Source of the DNA: Massalongia carnosa
Taxonomy: Eukaryota
DNA length: 64,000 bases
Direction of reading: 5' to 3'
Assembly: GCA_965645245.1 (NCBI GenBank)
Contig: OZ287068.1
Coordinates: 3,162,001 to 3,226,000, forward strand
Shown: piece after piece, positions 26,151 to 40,250 of the stretch
Layout: every line of letters starts with the position of its first letter
How positions within the stretch are numbered: position 1 is the stretch's first letter
Made by a program: the position numbers and the translations under genes
Notes under the pieces: generated by a model
The model's input: the letters and a program-made list of their open reading frames with translations, nothing else
Told to the model about the DNA's origin: nothing
Databases searched by the model: none

Positions 26151-29100
26151 TCATCCACCTCCTAAAGTAGAAAACCCATCCTTCATCATTGGCAGCATCT
26201 CCCCTCCACCTCCCATCTCATACTTCAAGGGACTGCCCTGCGTTCCACCCGCGGCCCCGCCCGCAGCAAGTCCAACCCTGCTAGCGTCGCCACCGGAAAC
26301 TCCATCCTCATGACCAGCTCCACCCGCACTCTGCAGCCCGCGGAAGAAACTATCGAAGCCTCCTTGTTGGGCCCGGGTCCACTCGTGCTGCTGCGCCTCG
26401 CGCTGCATCTGCATTTGAAAATCATGCGGGGATTGGAATTGAAGGCCTGCATCCTGCTGCTGCTGGGAAATAGGGGGAGGAGGGTCGTATAGTGAATGCT
26501 GAGGATGTGGATGAGGATGGAGGGGGTTGTGGTAGGGGGGCGGGTACTCGTATTGGTAGTTCTGAGGTGGATAGAAGGAAGGTTGAGAGGATTGATAATG
26601 GGTATGAAGTGATGGATTAGGAGGGGAAGGCGGGAGTTTTATTTGGGGTTTCTGCTGAAGGGATTGCTGACGTAGTTGTGCTTGCTGGTGTCGGATCCTG
26701 TCTTCGCTGATTTTTCGCTTGTGGGTACGTAAGAGCTCCTGCTGGCTAAGGGTGCGCTTCAGGAGGAAGTCCTCGCTTAGGCTAAATGTTTTAGGGGGTG
26801 CTGGAGGGGGAACTGCCGCGTTGGGGAGGTATGCTGGTGTGAAACCACCTTCGGAGGCATAAGGTGACTGATAGACCTTCGGGCGCAGCTTGTGAGCGGC
26901 TTGAAGATAAGGGTATTTTGCGATGATTGGATCGCAAGCATCCTCACTTGTGTTCCGTAAGGGTGGAACGGATGGTGTGAAGGCACGTGGGGAGCTATGG
27001 GAAGATGGTGGTCTGCTGAACGGGTTGGTATGTGGTGTGGTGTTTCCACCCATCATGTTAGCCACAGGGGCCTGAGGTGGTCGTCGTGGCGGTTGCTTCG
27101 CCACCTGTTTCTGCTGGTGTGAATGGTGTTGGTATGGTTGCTGTTTCGCCTGTGGTGATTGTTGTTGTGGAGTTTCTTGAGGCTGTTGCTTTGAATGAGA
27201 ATAAGGGTGTGAAAGCGGTGTAGGAGGAGAAGGCTATAGCAGTTTCAGCATTGTATTCCGGCACCAAATAATGCAAGCTTACCAGTCTAAACTCAACAGA
27301 AGCGTTGTTTTCCTGCTTCAAGTCGGCTTGCGGCGCTCTAGCCATCATAGGTGCCATAGGCGCCATAGTGCTCATTGGAGCGGGCGGAGCACGGTAGGCC
27401 GAAGAACTTTTGATTTGCGGAAGAGAATGTACGGTAGATTGCTGGAAAGCTCGTTGATTGCGCAAGGCCTGAGGGTCAACATTGCAGCTTATCTTGGGCT
27501 TGTAGACATACGGCGTGGAATCTAAGATGGCATATTTGCCGTTGTAGGGTCTCTCCTTGGTCACCGGCGGCTTGACCTGTATCTTTGCAGCCTGTTGAAC
27601 ATGAGCCTTGGCACGAGCTGCGTTCACGGCATGGATGTTGACACCAGATGGATATGATGCCGGGAATGATCGGCGTTGGGCGGATACAGCGACTGCGGCG
27701 GAAGCAGCCCGAACGCTTTCCAAGAAGTTTGCTTCCAGATTATTATGCGACACGGCAGGGTCTCCGGTATATTGCGCCTTAGCTTCAGTCGACGTTCGTC
27801 CGAGGTAAAACCACAACTGCTTGGGTTTGGAAAGATCAATCTTTACTTGGTCCGAATTCTTGAAAGGCTTGCAAGTATTGAATTCGGACCAAATGAATTT
27901 GCTGTGCGGATCGCCAAACGGCTCATCTGCTTTTGGATCGTCGTTGGAAGGATCTTCGGCAGTAGTTCGAGATTTTTGAGCTAAATGCGCGGGTAGAGGC
28001 TTAGCGTTCTCGGAGGGCACGGGGAGCTGCGAATGGATAGTGTCGAAGACAAGCAGCCACTTGTATTCCACCTCGATTTTATCTCTGTCCAATGCCCGTC
28101 AGTGATTTTCTTAGCCTGCGACGTCCGCAGAGAGCTTACCCTTTCGGAAGTACTTCAATCAGCAGCGTCTGCTCGCTCTTTCGATTTTCTAACACAACAC
28201 CGGCGAATATATCACTTTGATAATACTGCATCTGGACCAGCTCTCCCACGACAAGCTTCAGCGCATGCTTCCGTATGAAAGCACTTTCCTCAAGCGCCAC
28301 ACCGTCCATATTCTTGCCTCGCTTGATGCGATGGAAGCGACATCTAAAGTCAATGCCCAGATCGGTGTACTCGGTTCCATCTTCCCCGTATACTGGAACT
28401 AGCCCAGTGTCAACTTGGACTCCAGCCTGAGCGGCACATGTGGCATGATACGCTCTGGTGCACTTCTTTTGCGAGCATTGGAATACAGCTCCCCGCTTAT
28501 TACGGCAGAAGTTGCACTTGAGTTCCAACCGAGCCTTGTCAATGCAATCCACATCGCACACCCGTTCCGACTCACCCTCACCAGCAATGGAGGTCTCTGG
28601 AGTATACAAAGCGCACCGGCGATGCGCCTTATGACCGTTATCGGTCGGGAGCAGCTCCTCGTAAGGATTATTATTTGGACATAGAATGCATGGTTCGTGT
28701 GTAGGTATTTTTAGACGGATTCGCAGCCTCTTGTTCTTTGGCTTCGCCTCTTTATCGCTGGTGTCTCTCTTTCTCTTTTGAACCCGAGCTTTTGGCTTTC
28801 CCTTGACACTTCCAGGAGGTGTTGGTAAATCTTTCGGTCCATCGCCGTCGTCTTCCTCATCCTCATCCTCTTCTTCTTCTGTTTCCTCGTAATATTCAGG
28901 AGTCTGTTCCCCACGGAGCTTCCGCTCGATATCTCCAACATCAACCCAAACGCTATCGGCCTCACAGTTACATTTCCTAGCAACCCGACCGTACTCAAGC
29001 CAAGACTCCGTGGCAAAGTTGACGGATTCTGCACAGTTATAGCCTAGATTATAGCCCGAGTGGTAGCCGTAAGGAAAGGTGATAACAAATTCCCCTTCGT

Positions 29101-30633
29101 GGTGGACTAGCCGATTGACGCGTATGTTGTATTGCGATTGAAGAAGTTGAGGTGAAATCAGGTAAGTCTTGTGTCGTAAGAACTGATCACAATTCTTCGC
29201 ATCATTAGGCCAGACATCTAAAACGATAGGTCAGTAGGATTTCTATGCGTCAGAATTGGTGTTCCCTACTCCGCATAGCCGCTTCAAACCTTCTCGCATC
29301 TTCTTGCGAGATACTATACCACTGTTTCGGAGCCCCAAAGTGAATATAATTTATGCTATAAAGATCCACATCTTCCAAATGCCAAGCAAAAGAAGCTTTC
29401 CACATTCCCAGATAGAGATACGCAGTGTTCACACCAGGAACTTTTTGACCCAGAACATCTAACAGGTTTTCAAGCTTTGCCACGTTCCAATTTTCGGTCG
29501 AGTCGTCAAACAATGACCCTGGCATATCAGCTCCGTACATAGGGTTGTTGAACGTCAAACTTTTCCAATAGGCCGTTTCCAGCTCCTGACAGCGTTCGGG
29601 GGTCCAATCAGATTGGTTATGGATACGATAATCGAAGTCCTTAAACGCCTCTTCATCAATAACATCGGCTTGATCCCGACGGTTGTGCTGCCGTCGTGAT
29701 GAAACCGATTTCGGCTGCCGTCCCTTTGGTTTGCCTAACAACGTCTCCTCGTCATCACTGATATGTTCCTTCTTCACTTTCGCGGGCTTTGAGGGCGGAG
29801 AAGTTGGTGTCGGGGGAACTTGTAATTTTGAATCGGTGCTTTCGGCTCCGGGCTCCTCGCTATGCTGGTGGACGGTGGTCGGCAAAGGGCGCACCCTAGG
29901 ACGACCAGGGCCCCGCTTCTTTCCCGGAGAAAGGGCTATCGGGGGGTTCCTAACACGGGTTGACGTCCCTCGGCTTGTTTTCTCTTGGTTTCTCCGACGC
30001 TCGCCTCGTTTTGCAGGAGGTTGATGGTTACTCTCCTCGCTTAAAGCTTTCCATTGCGGCAAATTGTATGATCGCTGCTTCTCAATGTTGGCCTGGGTAT
30101 AGGTGCCGTGTGTGCCATGAAACTCTTGGGTGATCGGGTTTTTGACTTTGACGGTTTTAACCTGCTCGTCAAGGGCTGGGAGGGAATCGCGCCTAAATTT
30201 TTGTCTTAATAATGATATCTCAGAGGCGAAACCAAGTACACACCATTCCTTAGGCGGTATGACCTTTACAATCCCTGACTTCATGCCGTATCTGTCGATT
30301 TTTTGCACAAATGACTTGAAGCTGCGAAATTGGTCCATTGTCTAGATGGGCAACAAAGTGTTAGTACAGATCGGATTAGATTTCAGGTGGTTAAGAGGTA
30401 GGCGGCCCGTCGCAAAAGGGCTTCATATAAATGGCACCCACCGGCTTAAACACAGGGATTCTTCCACCGTCATAGTAATGATCCGGTTCGATTTCCTCAT
30501 TGTTCTCTACTTCGACCTCCAAATCAGAGAGTTCAGACCCCGAATCGTCATGCTTGTCGGCTTCTTCGCTCGCTGGTGGGGTAAGTGTAGGCTTGGAGTC
30601 AGTCTTGAGGTCGATGTCACTTTCTCTCGACAT
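26151..30633 (-). CDS. RPH1: JmjN/JmjC histone demethylase with PHD fingers (KDM4/Rph1/KdmA)
   Basis: GRIPVFKP|TMDQFRSF (JmjN), GVNTAYLYLGMWKASFAWHLEDVDLYSINYIHFGAPKQWY (JmjC), ePHD CNFC...QC...CTRAYHATCA; multiple introns. Confidence 0.93.
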
Positions 30634-31896
30634 GGCGACGTTGGCAATCGTGGTCGATAGTAGGTATATCGCAAACCAAGGTACAATGAGTGTTTAAATC
30701 TACCAATGAAAATATACCACCGAAAAGATTGGTTTAGTTATTGAGCCGAGTCCGTCTTCAATCAAAGTGGATCGAGACGGGCAAGCAGTGAGAGTTAACC
30801 AGATACCAAACCCACGTTCCCATGCAGATCTAAGGATTTATGCAGATGGTGCGACTTATCCCACCAGCGTTAGACATATTTCCCACATATGACAAGATGG
30901 TGAGTGCCGTTTAGTATGGCTTGTTGGCGACGGTAGGAACAGGTTGAGATGTTGAGATAGGTACGGAGTACTTTGCGGTTCCGTGGTGGATTCACAGGTC
31001 GCTAAGCCTAGTTTGGAACACTAGCATAACCCTGACGCAGCGGAAGCTGCATGTCATCGTCAACTACGAAATCTTCTATGGAGTTGGAGTTTTATCAGAT
31101 CAGATAGAGAGTCAATCACCAGTATTCAAAACACCGTTTGGGATCGTATGTTTCTAGACATGCAGAAATCAACACTGCCTGTGGAATCTCACAAGTCTGC
31201 ATGAGCATGTACGGCAAAGACCGAACCGGTGTGTTCTGTAGAAATAAACAATATGCTAGCCAGTGAATAACACCCTTCACCAAAACCCTGCGAGACAATA
31301 GCTTTGTTGGATAATATTATATTGGCAATGCACGATTGGAATCTAGATTCGCGAGTAGAAGGAGAGGTATTCATCGCCATGCAAACGTGGCTTGGTCATG
31401 CAGGAACACGTTCTGGCTTCAGCCCTGTATTGCGTGTAAGCAAGATCCCACCGAGTGAAGGCAAGGAAGGTAAAATGTAAGAACGGGCGGTCACGGAAAT
31501 CGCCCCAACATTGCATCATGCAGGTGTTTAGGAGTGGCGAATGGAGCATGATTTGATGCGAGAGAATGCGACGGAGCTAGTATGCTGGTGATGCTGACAC
31601 CAAAAGCAATGCACTACACTACGTGGCTACCTACATAGTACAGAGGTATGCTCTCCAGCAACAGGTAGATGGGTATCCCATGGTCATCCGACAGCCTCTC
31701 CATTTCCAAGCTTCCCATGATAGCCACATGAAATGAAATCGCAATACTAGGCAACCCCATGATCTTTTCGCCTTCTTTTGATGTGTGCAGCTCGGCAAAC
31801 CCCACTGCAAGATCAGCCTAAATATACAAGTGGAGAAAAGGCTTGGGAGGAACGCAGGAGAGGTCAGTCGGCTTTGGTCCATGGCTCGCGCATCTA

Positions 31897-33553
31897 TCAC
31901 CCCTCACCACGTCCACGATTACCACGGAATCCGCCTCCTCCACGTCCACGATATCCCCCATCTCCTCCGCCCCTATCGCCCCTGTTACCTCCACGTCCGC
32001 GGTACCCTGCCTCACCACCGCGATCCACTCGGTAGCCACGACCGCCGCGACCGCCACCACGGTATTCACCTTGGGAGCCTGTGCGACCGCGACCGCGGTG
32101 GTGCACTTCATGGAATCCATCACCAGTGTTAGCCGGGGCTGGAGATGAGTCTGCGGCTGGAAGGGATGTTGGTTCGGCTGGAACATCCTCGGCCCAACTC
32201 TGAGTACCTGTCAATGCTGCAGGAGTTGCAGCAAGACCAGTTTCTGTCTCTGCCGGGTCACGGGCCACCTCGATCCAACTATCCTGACCAGATTCTCCGG
32301 ATGCCGATAATTTGGCCTGCCAGTTAGAGTCAGCTGCCGCATTCGCTGCTCCAGGGTCGATGTTAGAGGCCTCGGGGACGGTAATTGTATCCACGTGTTC
32401 AGAAAGACCATTCGACGTAGGTTCGGTTTCAACGTCGATTTGTGTCAGTCCAGCATGAGCGACAGTGGGGTCAATGCCGATAGGAGTCGACGGTTCCTCA
32501 GCAGATGGAGATGCAGGCTCAGCTTGCGCAACCTCTTCCGCCCAAGCTTCTTCTGCGGCGTATGGAGCGTATTCAAAAGACAGCTCCTTGACCTGTTTGT
32601 CTGGGGGAATAAGAATGTTAGAAAGAACAACAATATCCATCAACACGAGCAGGATTTTGACAGAGGTGATTCTGGCAGACTTACAGGTGACATCAGACAG
32701 GATTTGATCCACGGTGGGGACCTTTTCATCGCTCCCAGCTATCAATTTCTCCATCGCCTCGACCGCACTAGCCTCGCCTCCATAGATCAGTAGCAGAGCG
32801 CCTTCGAACGCACGATTTTCTGCAGATGTCTCATCGCCGCCCTGACGTCTTGCTGCAGCGGCCCTCAGGAACTTGCTTAGCACTAACAAGCTCTCCTTGA
32901 CCTCCTTCTTGCTCCCCACACTCGCCTCTGAGATTGCAGCCTCCTTTACCTTTTTCAATTCGTCTTTGTGCGAGCTTTCTAAGGCTGCTTTTTCCGTAGA
33001 GATAAGCTTCTGATAATCTTCATCGAACTGCTTGTACTGGGCAACTTGTTCCTCATGTTGTGCTAGTGACGCCTGAAGAGAGGGCTTCTTCTGAGCTTGC
33101 GCTTTTTGATCCGAGTTGATTTTACGGGAAGACAGAAGCTCATCCAGTGTTAAGCTTGGATTCTCAGCGATGATTAAATCAACCTTTTGCATTGCGTTCT
33201 AAAGTATGTACGTTAATGGAGGGTTTGACGACTGGGCGAGACCAATAATGCTTACCAACTTCTTCTTAATGTTACGAATGTTTCTTGTACAAAATGCAAA
33301 TCAGTTCCGTGGTTGGTTTTTTCCCATCGATATTAGCTAGCAGTATAACTTACTTGTTCAGCTCTTTGAGGTAGGGACTCTCGTAAGTACCGTCCGTCCC
33401 ATTGGGGGTGGTTTCAGCGGGTGCTTGGGCAGCTCCATCACCATCGGACAATGCGCTTGAGCCTTTGGCCGATGCTTCTATCTTCGCCTTCTTCTTCTTG
33501 GCACTCTTGGATTCGGATGGCCCTTGCGGGTTAGAACTCGAAGCAGCCGCCAT
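31897..33553 (-). CDS. Caprin-like (YAG7-like dimerisation domain) RGG protein
   Basis: ESKSAKKKKAK...SPYLKELNK|NIRNIKKKL|NAMQKVD...INSDQKAQAQKKPSLQA, LSKFLRAAAARRQ, C-terminal RGG tract. Confidence 0.75.
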
Positions 33554-35042
33554 GGCGTATGAGGGAAATGTGTTGATGTTATAAGGTAGATTTGCAAGCA
33601 ACGCTCATTCCAGCATTACCCAATAGGTGATACAGTAGATTCTGTCCGACAGATAGCAGTATGATAGGTCACAGGCCTTTGAATTATCTTTGTAAGTGTT
33701 GCACACTGAGGGGGCAATGGAGAGATTGAGGGAGATGGGGGGTCGCGAATAAATTTCCAGAACGAAATGGTCACTGTAGGGCTGATAATTAGCGCGATTG
33801 AAGGAGTTCCTCTTCAAATGTCGCGCTCGCGTGTCATGATATATGACTTCTGTCTTCAATATTTTACTCGGTACCTATCGATGCCATGGCTTTTGAGTTT
33901 CGTGCATTACATTTACTTGAGTCCCATCATTATACATTATACATCATTCATCTATTTGTTCTTCCAACGTAATTGCTCATTCAGCTACAGTGTAATCATC
34001 CAGCAATACCAACCAGACAGCTCAGCCAGCCAGTCAGTCATTGAGCCATCTAGTCCTTTAAACCATTTATTCATTCACCGGTCCAGCCTTGCAAAACTCG
34101 TGACATTTCCCAATCTAGCCGTTTCTTTGATGTTATTATTGTGGGTCTTCGTCATCTTTCTCTTTTCCTTACGTAGAACGTCAACGAGTACTCTGTATAT
34201 AAGTTAGAATGTGCAGAGTTAAAGTTAAGTGGTCACCAAAGCCTGTGACTAGCATTAACTTATCCGCTTCGCCTGGTCCACGAGCGGAGGTTTTAAACAG
34301 CTTGTTGAACGGAATAAATAACAAGATCAAACATTTGAATAAGCTGCTAGCCGGTGGAAGCATACGGAGTAAATACGGAGTAGAATCATCAGGTAATGAA
34401 CCGGCGGCTTCACCCAAGTGGGCTTTGACACAAGGTTTGTCCTTGCTCTTGCCTTTACGCAAGGCCTACCTCTGTACCACGAATTTGACCATAAGCTTCG
34501 AATATACTCATCATCTAAGCAGTCGTTCTGATACTAGAAAAATAAGACTCCATTCCAAAAGACAAAGTGAGCTTTGCTTACTATTTCCAACGAGTTAAAT
34601 TTTGTAAATGGCGTTCTAAGGCATTTGTCCTCCTATCCCGATAAGGATAGGATTAAATCATCGACAAATGCCTGTTTGCTGTGCATTACAGTATCTTGAA
34701 ATATCTTGTTACAAGCAAACAATCTATCGCTTGGCGATTCTGATCATGCTGAAAAAGAAAGAAAGATATGACTGCTAAACAAGGATGATGGCAGCCTCAG
34801 GGATTCAGCCTCATGAAACTTTTCCACGGCCGTTAGAATCAAACAGGTGCTTTGGCAGCCTTTTTATCATCTAGCACTTGCTGGAACCTCGAGTTTCTAT
34901 ACCTTAACTACCAACGTGTTTTTGGCCCTTTACTCCCTAATTTGCTTTAAGCCTCAGATCTCTGTACTTCAAAATAAACCTAACCGTATCATGAAACGGT
35001 ACACAGTTGGTTTTAGGCATCCAGAAACCAAAGCAGAAATAA

Positions 35043-37137
35043 TATCGCTACTTCGATTTATACCATAATAGGAAAGTCCTTGAATCTTCAACCGCAAGCA
35101 TCCAGTACCAAGGGTTAGGAAACAACCCAATCGTTCGTATAAATCTCCCCCAGAAAAATCAGACCATTCTTGAATCCAAAGACGACAAGATCCAGAAGAT
35201 TGAATTCGAAGAACTATCACTCATCAAAGTTTACATGGGAAACCAAAGCCCGCGATTATCATTCTGGGTCCCTCGGAACACCAAGCAAGCCTTAATATCG
35301 ATTATTTTTCGTCTTTGGAGATTTGTTGCAGAACGGTTTTGTACATGGGAAGATTATGATCTTGATATTTGGGGCAATCTGAAATACCAAGGTGATGGAA
35401 TCAGGAGTGGGCAGAAATTGGAGCACTGGAAACCGCTCAGTTCATTTTTGACGCCAAGGTTTGCCACAGGAACTATCGATAACGAGCCTTGCTGTAAGAC
35501 AGATGATGGGCCGTTAAACCATTTATCCAATGAGCAGAGATCTGAGCTGTTGCTTGAACAAGAACCCCAAGACAAGCCTCTAGTTCTTAAACTCTTGTTA
35601 GTTCCGCATAAAGCAGAGGCGAAATCTAAGCAGCAAAAGGCTGATTTATCAAGGATATTGTCAAGAGTATTGCCTTCTTTCAAGTGTCCTTTTCTTGACT
35701 TTGAGCTTACCACTTCTCAATAGTTAGATGCCTCCAAACAGATTTTTGACTCATTTGTCAACAGAACACTCGCATACGACCTTCCCGTCCATATAGGTAA
35801 ATCGTTTAGGACGCAACTTGACATGCCAACTAATCTTCCTTAACAGGTTTAATTCCTTTCAGTACTTCGGCGAATGTTCTACAAGAGATCACTCCAGCGA
35901 TTGAAGACTTTCGGAAGTCATTTGATGATATGCATGCAAAAGGCGATACCGCAATATGGGATGCAATTGCGCTTGCCGACGATCAGCTGTCGCGCTACGG
36001 CCAACGTTATCCAAACGCCAGGAAGCGAATTATCTGCTTGTCGGATGGCGAGGACACAAAATCTGTCAAACGCAGCCACGAAATCTGTTTGGGCCTTAAT
36101 CGACGGCATATTGTTGTAGATTCGTTCTGCATTGGGAAGGAGGATAACCAGGCGCTTCGAACGGTATCTTATCTCACGGGTGGTTACAAGTTCTACCCCA
36201 CATCACTTGAACAGGCCATGGCTATGTGCGAAATGGAGCCCATGCTTAGCCAACTCGAGAGACCACCGACCCAAAGGCCAGGTTTCTCCCCTTTTCATGC
36301 GCAAGCCAGATTCATGAATAGTGGTAGCAGAGCAACCCCAGACATCGTCACAAGAGATATCTACCCAAAGATAAAACAGCATCCCAACATCAAAGATTCC
36401 TTTGTCCAAGTATCAGTTGTAGCCCACGCCGAGCGACCATCGCGAGCAGCCGCTCCATCGACAACCTCCAACACACGCTCGGGACGTCTCTTGTCGGAGC
36501 TGAAGCACGTTAGCGCGAATCCACACGCATTCTATGAGGTCTTTGTGAGCGAGAGTAACATGGGCTTCTGGAAAGTGATCATGCAAGGGCCCCCGCAGAG
36601 CGCCTACTCCGACGGCGTCTTCCTCCTCTACCTTCACATAGAAGACAGCTACCCTACTTTTCCTCCCAAGGGACGCTTCTGCACCCCGATCTTTCATCCT
36701 AACATCAATCGCCACGGACGCATTTGTCATTCCATCTTTGATCGTAAGTCTTTAAGAGAGCCCCCCTGATCCCTGTTCTCCACTGTAGTTCCATAAGAAA
36801 CTTACAATTCCGCTTAATCCCAGGAAATTGGACCGCCGACACCTCCAACGTGCAGATTCTCAATACCATCTACTCCCTGCTCTTAGTGCCCGAATTCAGC
36901 GATCCCATGTACGTTCCTTCCCCTCGCCTCAAACAAGCCCCCTCCCCGCAATCCTGCTACGAGTTACTGGCGCCAAAGTAACCGCGAAGAAACGTTGTCG
37001 TCACGCTCAATTACCATTGGGACCAGGTTGCGTTTCAGGATGAGGTCAAAGCGCATATCAGGAAGCACGCTGCCAAGTCTCGCAACGCGTTGCGTAGGGA
37101 AGTGTTAGGTCCCTTGTCGTCCTCGGATTCTCTATGA
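35043..37137 (+). CDS. vWA-domain plus ubiquitin-conjugating (E2) fusion protein; 5' part (~34.2-35.0 kb) unresolved or disrupted
   Basis: vWA motifs GDTAIWDAI and RIICLSDGEDT; UBC core YPTFPPKGRFCTPIFHPNINRHGRICHSIFD|RNWT with active-site Cys; stop TGA 37135-37137. Confidence 0.8.
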
Positions 37138-37639
37138 GAATGCTCCCCGAGGTTGGTTTTCGCAGCGGAGTGCGAGAGAAAGGGTCTGCAGTTTCTTGTG
37201 GGAGGGGAAGGGTTTCCGATGATGATGGTGGTTGGGAGGCGCCGAAGGGCACGTGTTATTTACTTTCAATATTAGGATAACGAAATTGACCGATCTCCGA
37301 GTTTCCTTATGCCTCTCTCTTTTTTTCTGGATAATTACATAGACCTAGGTTTTACCACCACTACTACCACCACATACACGTCTTCAGGACTCCCTATTCT
37401 GGAAAGTTGCCATTCCCTAGGATTTAGCGCTGTCTTCGTCGTCGTCGTCGTCATCGTCGTCGGCCATCACGATCCGTTGTTTGATTTCCACTTTTCCGTC
37501 TCGATCGAGGCTCATCATCATGATCATCATGATCTAGCCCCTCGCACCCACCCCTCCCTCCCTCCTTATCATGAGTCCTACCGAACCTCTCAGCCCCCTT
37601 CCCCCCCGTTTGGAAATGCGAAACTCTCTCAGTCACTTT

Positions 37640-37670
37640 CTCCTCCTCCTCCTCCTCCTCCTCCTCCTCT
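37640..37670. repeat. (CCT)n microsatellite
   Basis: Read directly; source of the poly-E, poly-P and poly-L ORFs. Confidence 0.9.
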
Positions 37671-38424
37671 TCCAATTCCTCAATAGTTTTCCGTATGCCA
37701 GAAACCTCCCCCAAACGATCGAGAATTACCATGTACTTTTTTCGCGTCGTCGTCGTCGTCGTGGATGATCATATCCTACCCCATCCCATTCTATTTTCGT
37801 TTGCGCTCAAATTACCTCCTCTCCTGCAAATCTCTAATGGCTTATTACTAATTAGTCAGTTATTTAATTAAGTTGTATAAGTTGCCCGGTAGTTACCCAT
37901 GGACAGATAGATATAGGTAAAGACATATATGGAATTCTTTGAAGGAAAATATGCACGTGATATATTGCTCACCAAGGTGTCACCGCTTTGCTCGCGCGTT
38001 AAGGCCCGTTTCGTTCATCGGCTCCCTGGATGCTCCCTCATGCTTCCTCTGTGCTTCCTCACTGCTCCTCAATGCTCCCTCTCTGCTCTCTTATGCTCCC
38101 TTTCGATCAAGTAGCAGGGCCAGCTTTAATGGAAAACAAGGCAGTCAATTCAGTCTTCCCGTGTGCACTGCCTCATTTGGTATAGAAAGCCAGGGTCTAC
38201 CCTCTGCTTCTTTGAGGAATCACAGAAGCAACAGCTACGTCACTTATTATTTGCCTCGTGCTCTTGTTCGCCCGCTCTTAAGTCTGTTTCGGGCATTAAA
38301 AACCGCGTGTGACCCTTCGCGCTCTGTCATTCACTATATTCAGATCATAATAGCTCTTCAATCATTTCATCATCTTCCGAAAATTCTTTTTGTGTTTGAG
38401 ATAGCAACCCAAAAATCAATTTTA

Positions 38425-40250
38425 ATGAATCAAGATCACAATCAACATCTCTACGACATCTACAGAAAGATTGAATTCGAGCAGTATTTTCAACGCGAGT
38501 TGAATATCCACGTTTACGATTCCGATCTCGTAGAAGCAGACAAAGCAGCCTTGAGACTAGGCAGTTTCAAGGAAATACTCGAAAGAAGCTTCTTGTGCCC
38601 TTTCTGCCGTCTGATAGTGACCGCAATTTGTAGAAGGCGCACAACGTGGGTTTTCGGATTCGAAGATATTATCGCGAGAAATAATGGGAAAAGAACAGAA
38701 ATGAAATGCTGAATAAATATACAATTATTGCTATGCCACTCATAATTCGTTGAAAACCGGATCGAAAACGGCAAATTGCATAGATATCGCAACAAGGGGC
38801 GAGTGAGAGTTATTTCTCTACTACATTCAGCTGTTAGTCGAAGACGCGTCACAGATTGAAAGATCGAAGTTGTGTCATGACAGAATTGTTTATGCGGCAA
38901 AATTAGCATGAAATTAGCTTGAAGTTGATTACATTGCTATCAAAGCGATCATGAGAAGCGTTGTGAAAACCTCGAGTCTACGATGAATGACAATAGCAAG
39001 CAATCACATGACATCAGAGTGATCAATGTCAAGCGCTTATGTATTTGCGACTTGAATCCAGGATCACGATATGTCTGCCTCAGCTATTGTTGATCGACTG
39101 TGAAATCTTTTACGTTGATTAATGAACTCTCTAAGCGGACTGCTTTAAGCAAAATCCTCGAAACGCGGAATATCGGAGCTATCATGTACAATTTAAGACG
39201 CGATTCAATTTGTGTCCGATCTGAGAGCGATCTATCTTTGAATTGACTCTCTTTGCATTATTCAAGATAACAAGGAGAACAAGCACTATCAGATATCTCA
39301 AACGAATAGAATATGCATTTCCGCTTTCCTATCAATATCAGCCTGTTCGATTGGGGGGTATACTACTAATTCATACAGTGATCTTCCCCGCTAACGTGAG
39401 GATACTGAATGAGCACAACAAAATATCGAGAATGTTCGAAATCTTCGGCTTGCAGTTCCATTTGACTCCCTCATTTTCCCTCTTCAGTCACTCAAGTGAT
39501 CGACCCGCGTCTGAAAATATGAGAAGGATCTGTTATTCAGGCGACTCCTCTATTTTACAGAGATTCAACTCTATTTCCAATGTCCTTGCAGTGTCTTCTG
39601 CGAGAACGAGACTAACGAGAGCAATCCTTTCAACGCCCGATTTTATCCTGCAAGCAACCTATGAAATATGAGTGAACCCTACGCCATGGCGAATGGCAAT
39701 GGAAATTTTTATTCTTTTCATCTGAAACGAACGGAGTATCCAGAACTTGAAGAGGCAATTCAAGACTATTAAAATCGTCTATCAGATTATACGACTCGTA
39801 ATATAAGCGATGATTCCGATATTCTTAACGCTTTCAAAGGAATTGCGACTGTCATGAAGCGAAGTATGAAAACTGATTTTTGATATGGCTTGCCGGAATC
39901 TCATTTAGATTCGGCTTTGCTATGAACACTACTTGGCCCTCATAAGCGAAGAGATGTTTTGATTAAGGGGTATACGAAACCTTACTTACCAAGCTGGACA
40001 TGAGCTGAATGAGAAAGCCAAATAGAATTAGGCTCTTACTTCTGCATCATGAGGCTTTGTCATGAGATCGACTGATTCCTTATAAATTCAAAAGGTGCAG
40101 CAATTCTGATGACGGCGAAGAATATCTTTGCAGAACTTAAGTTCACCGAGTGCGATGAAAAAAGGGTTGACCCATCTGATCATCTCTTGGCGTCAAAACA
40201 GCACAGACTTGAGATTAGTGCGTTTTTCAGATGACTTAGCTTGCTGAACG
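38425..40250 (+). pseudogene. HET-domain (heterokaryon incompatibility) protein pseudogene
   Basis: CPFCRLI, IRVINVKRLCI...RYVCLSYC*, YL*IDSLCIIQD, DILNAFKGI, DSALL*, PSWT*AE*: HET motifs with Trp codons turned to TGA plus frameshifts. Confidence 0.88.

Noticed and set aside
37309..37768. Poly-E/poly-P/poly-L ORFs
   Set aside because: Produced by (CCT)n and (CGT)n microsatellites.
38425..40250. TGA=Trp recoding or mitochondrial origin of the HET gene
   Set aside because: Some TGG codons remain, Gly codons are also altered (GGA>GAA) and there are frameshifts, so mutation fits better.
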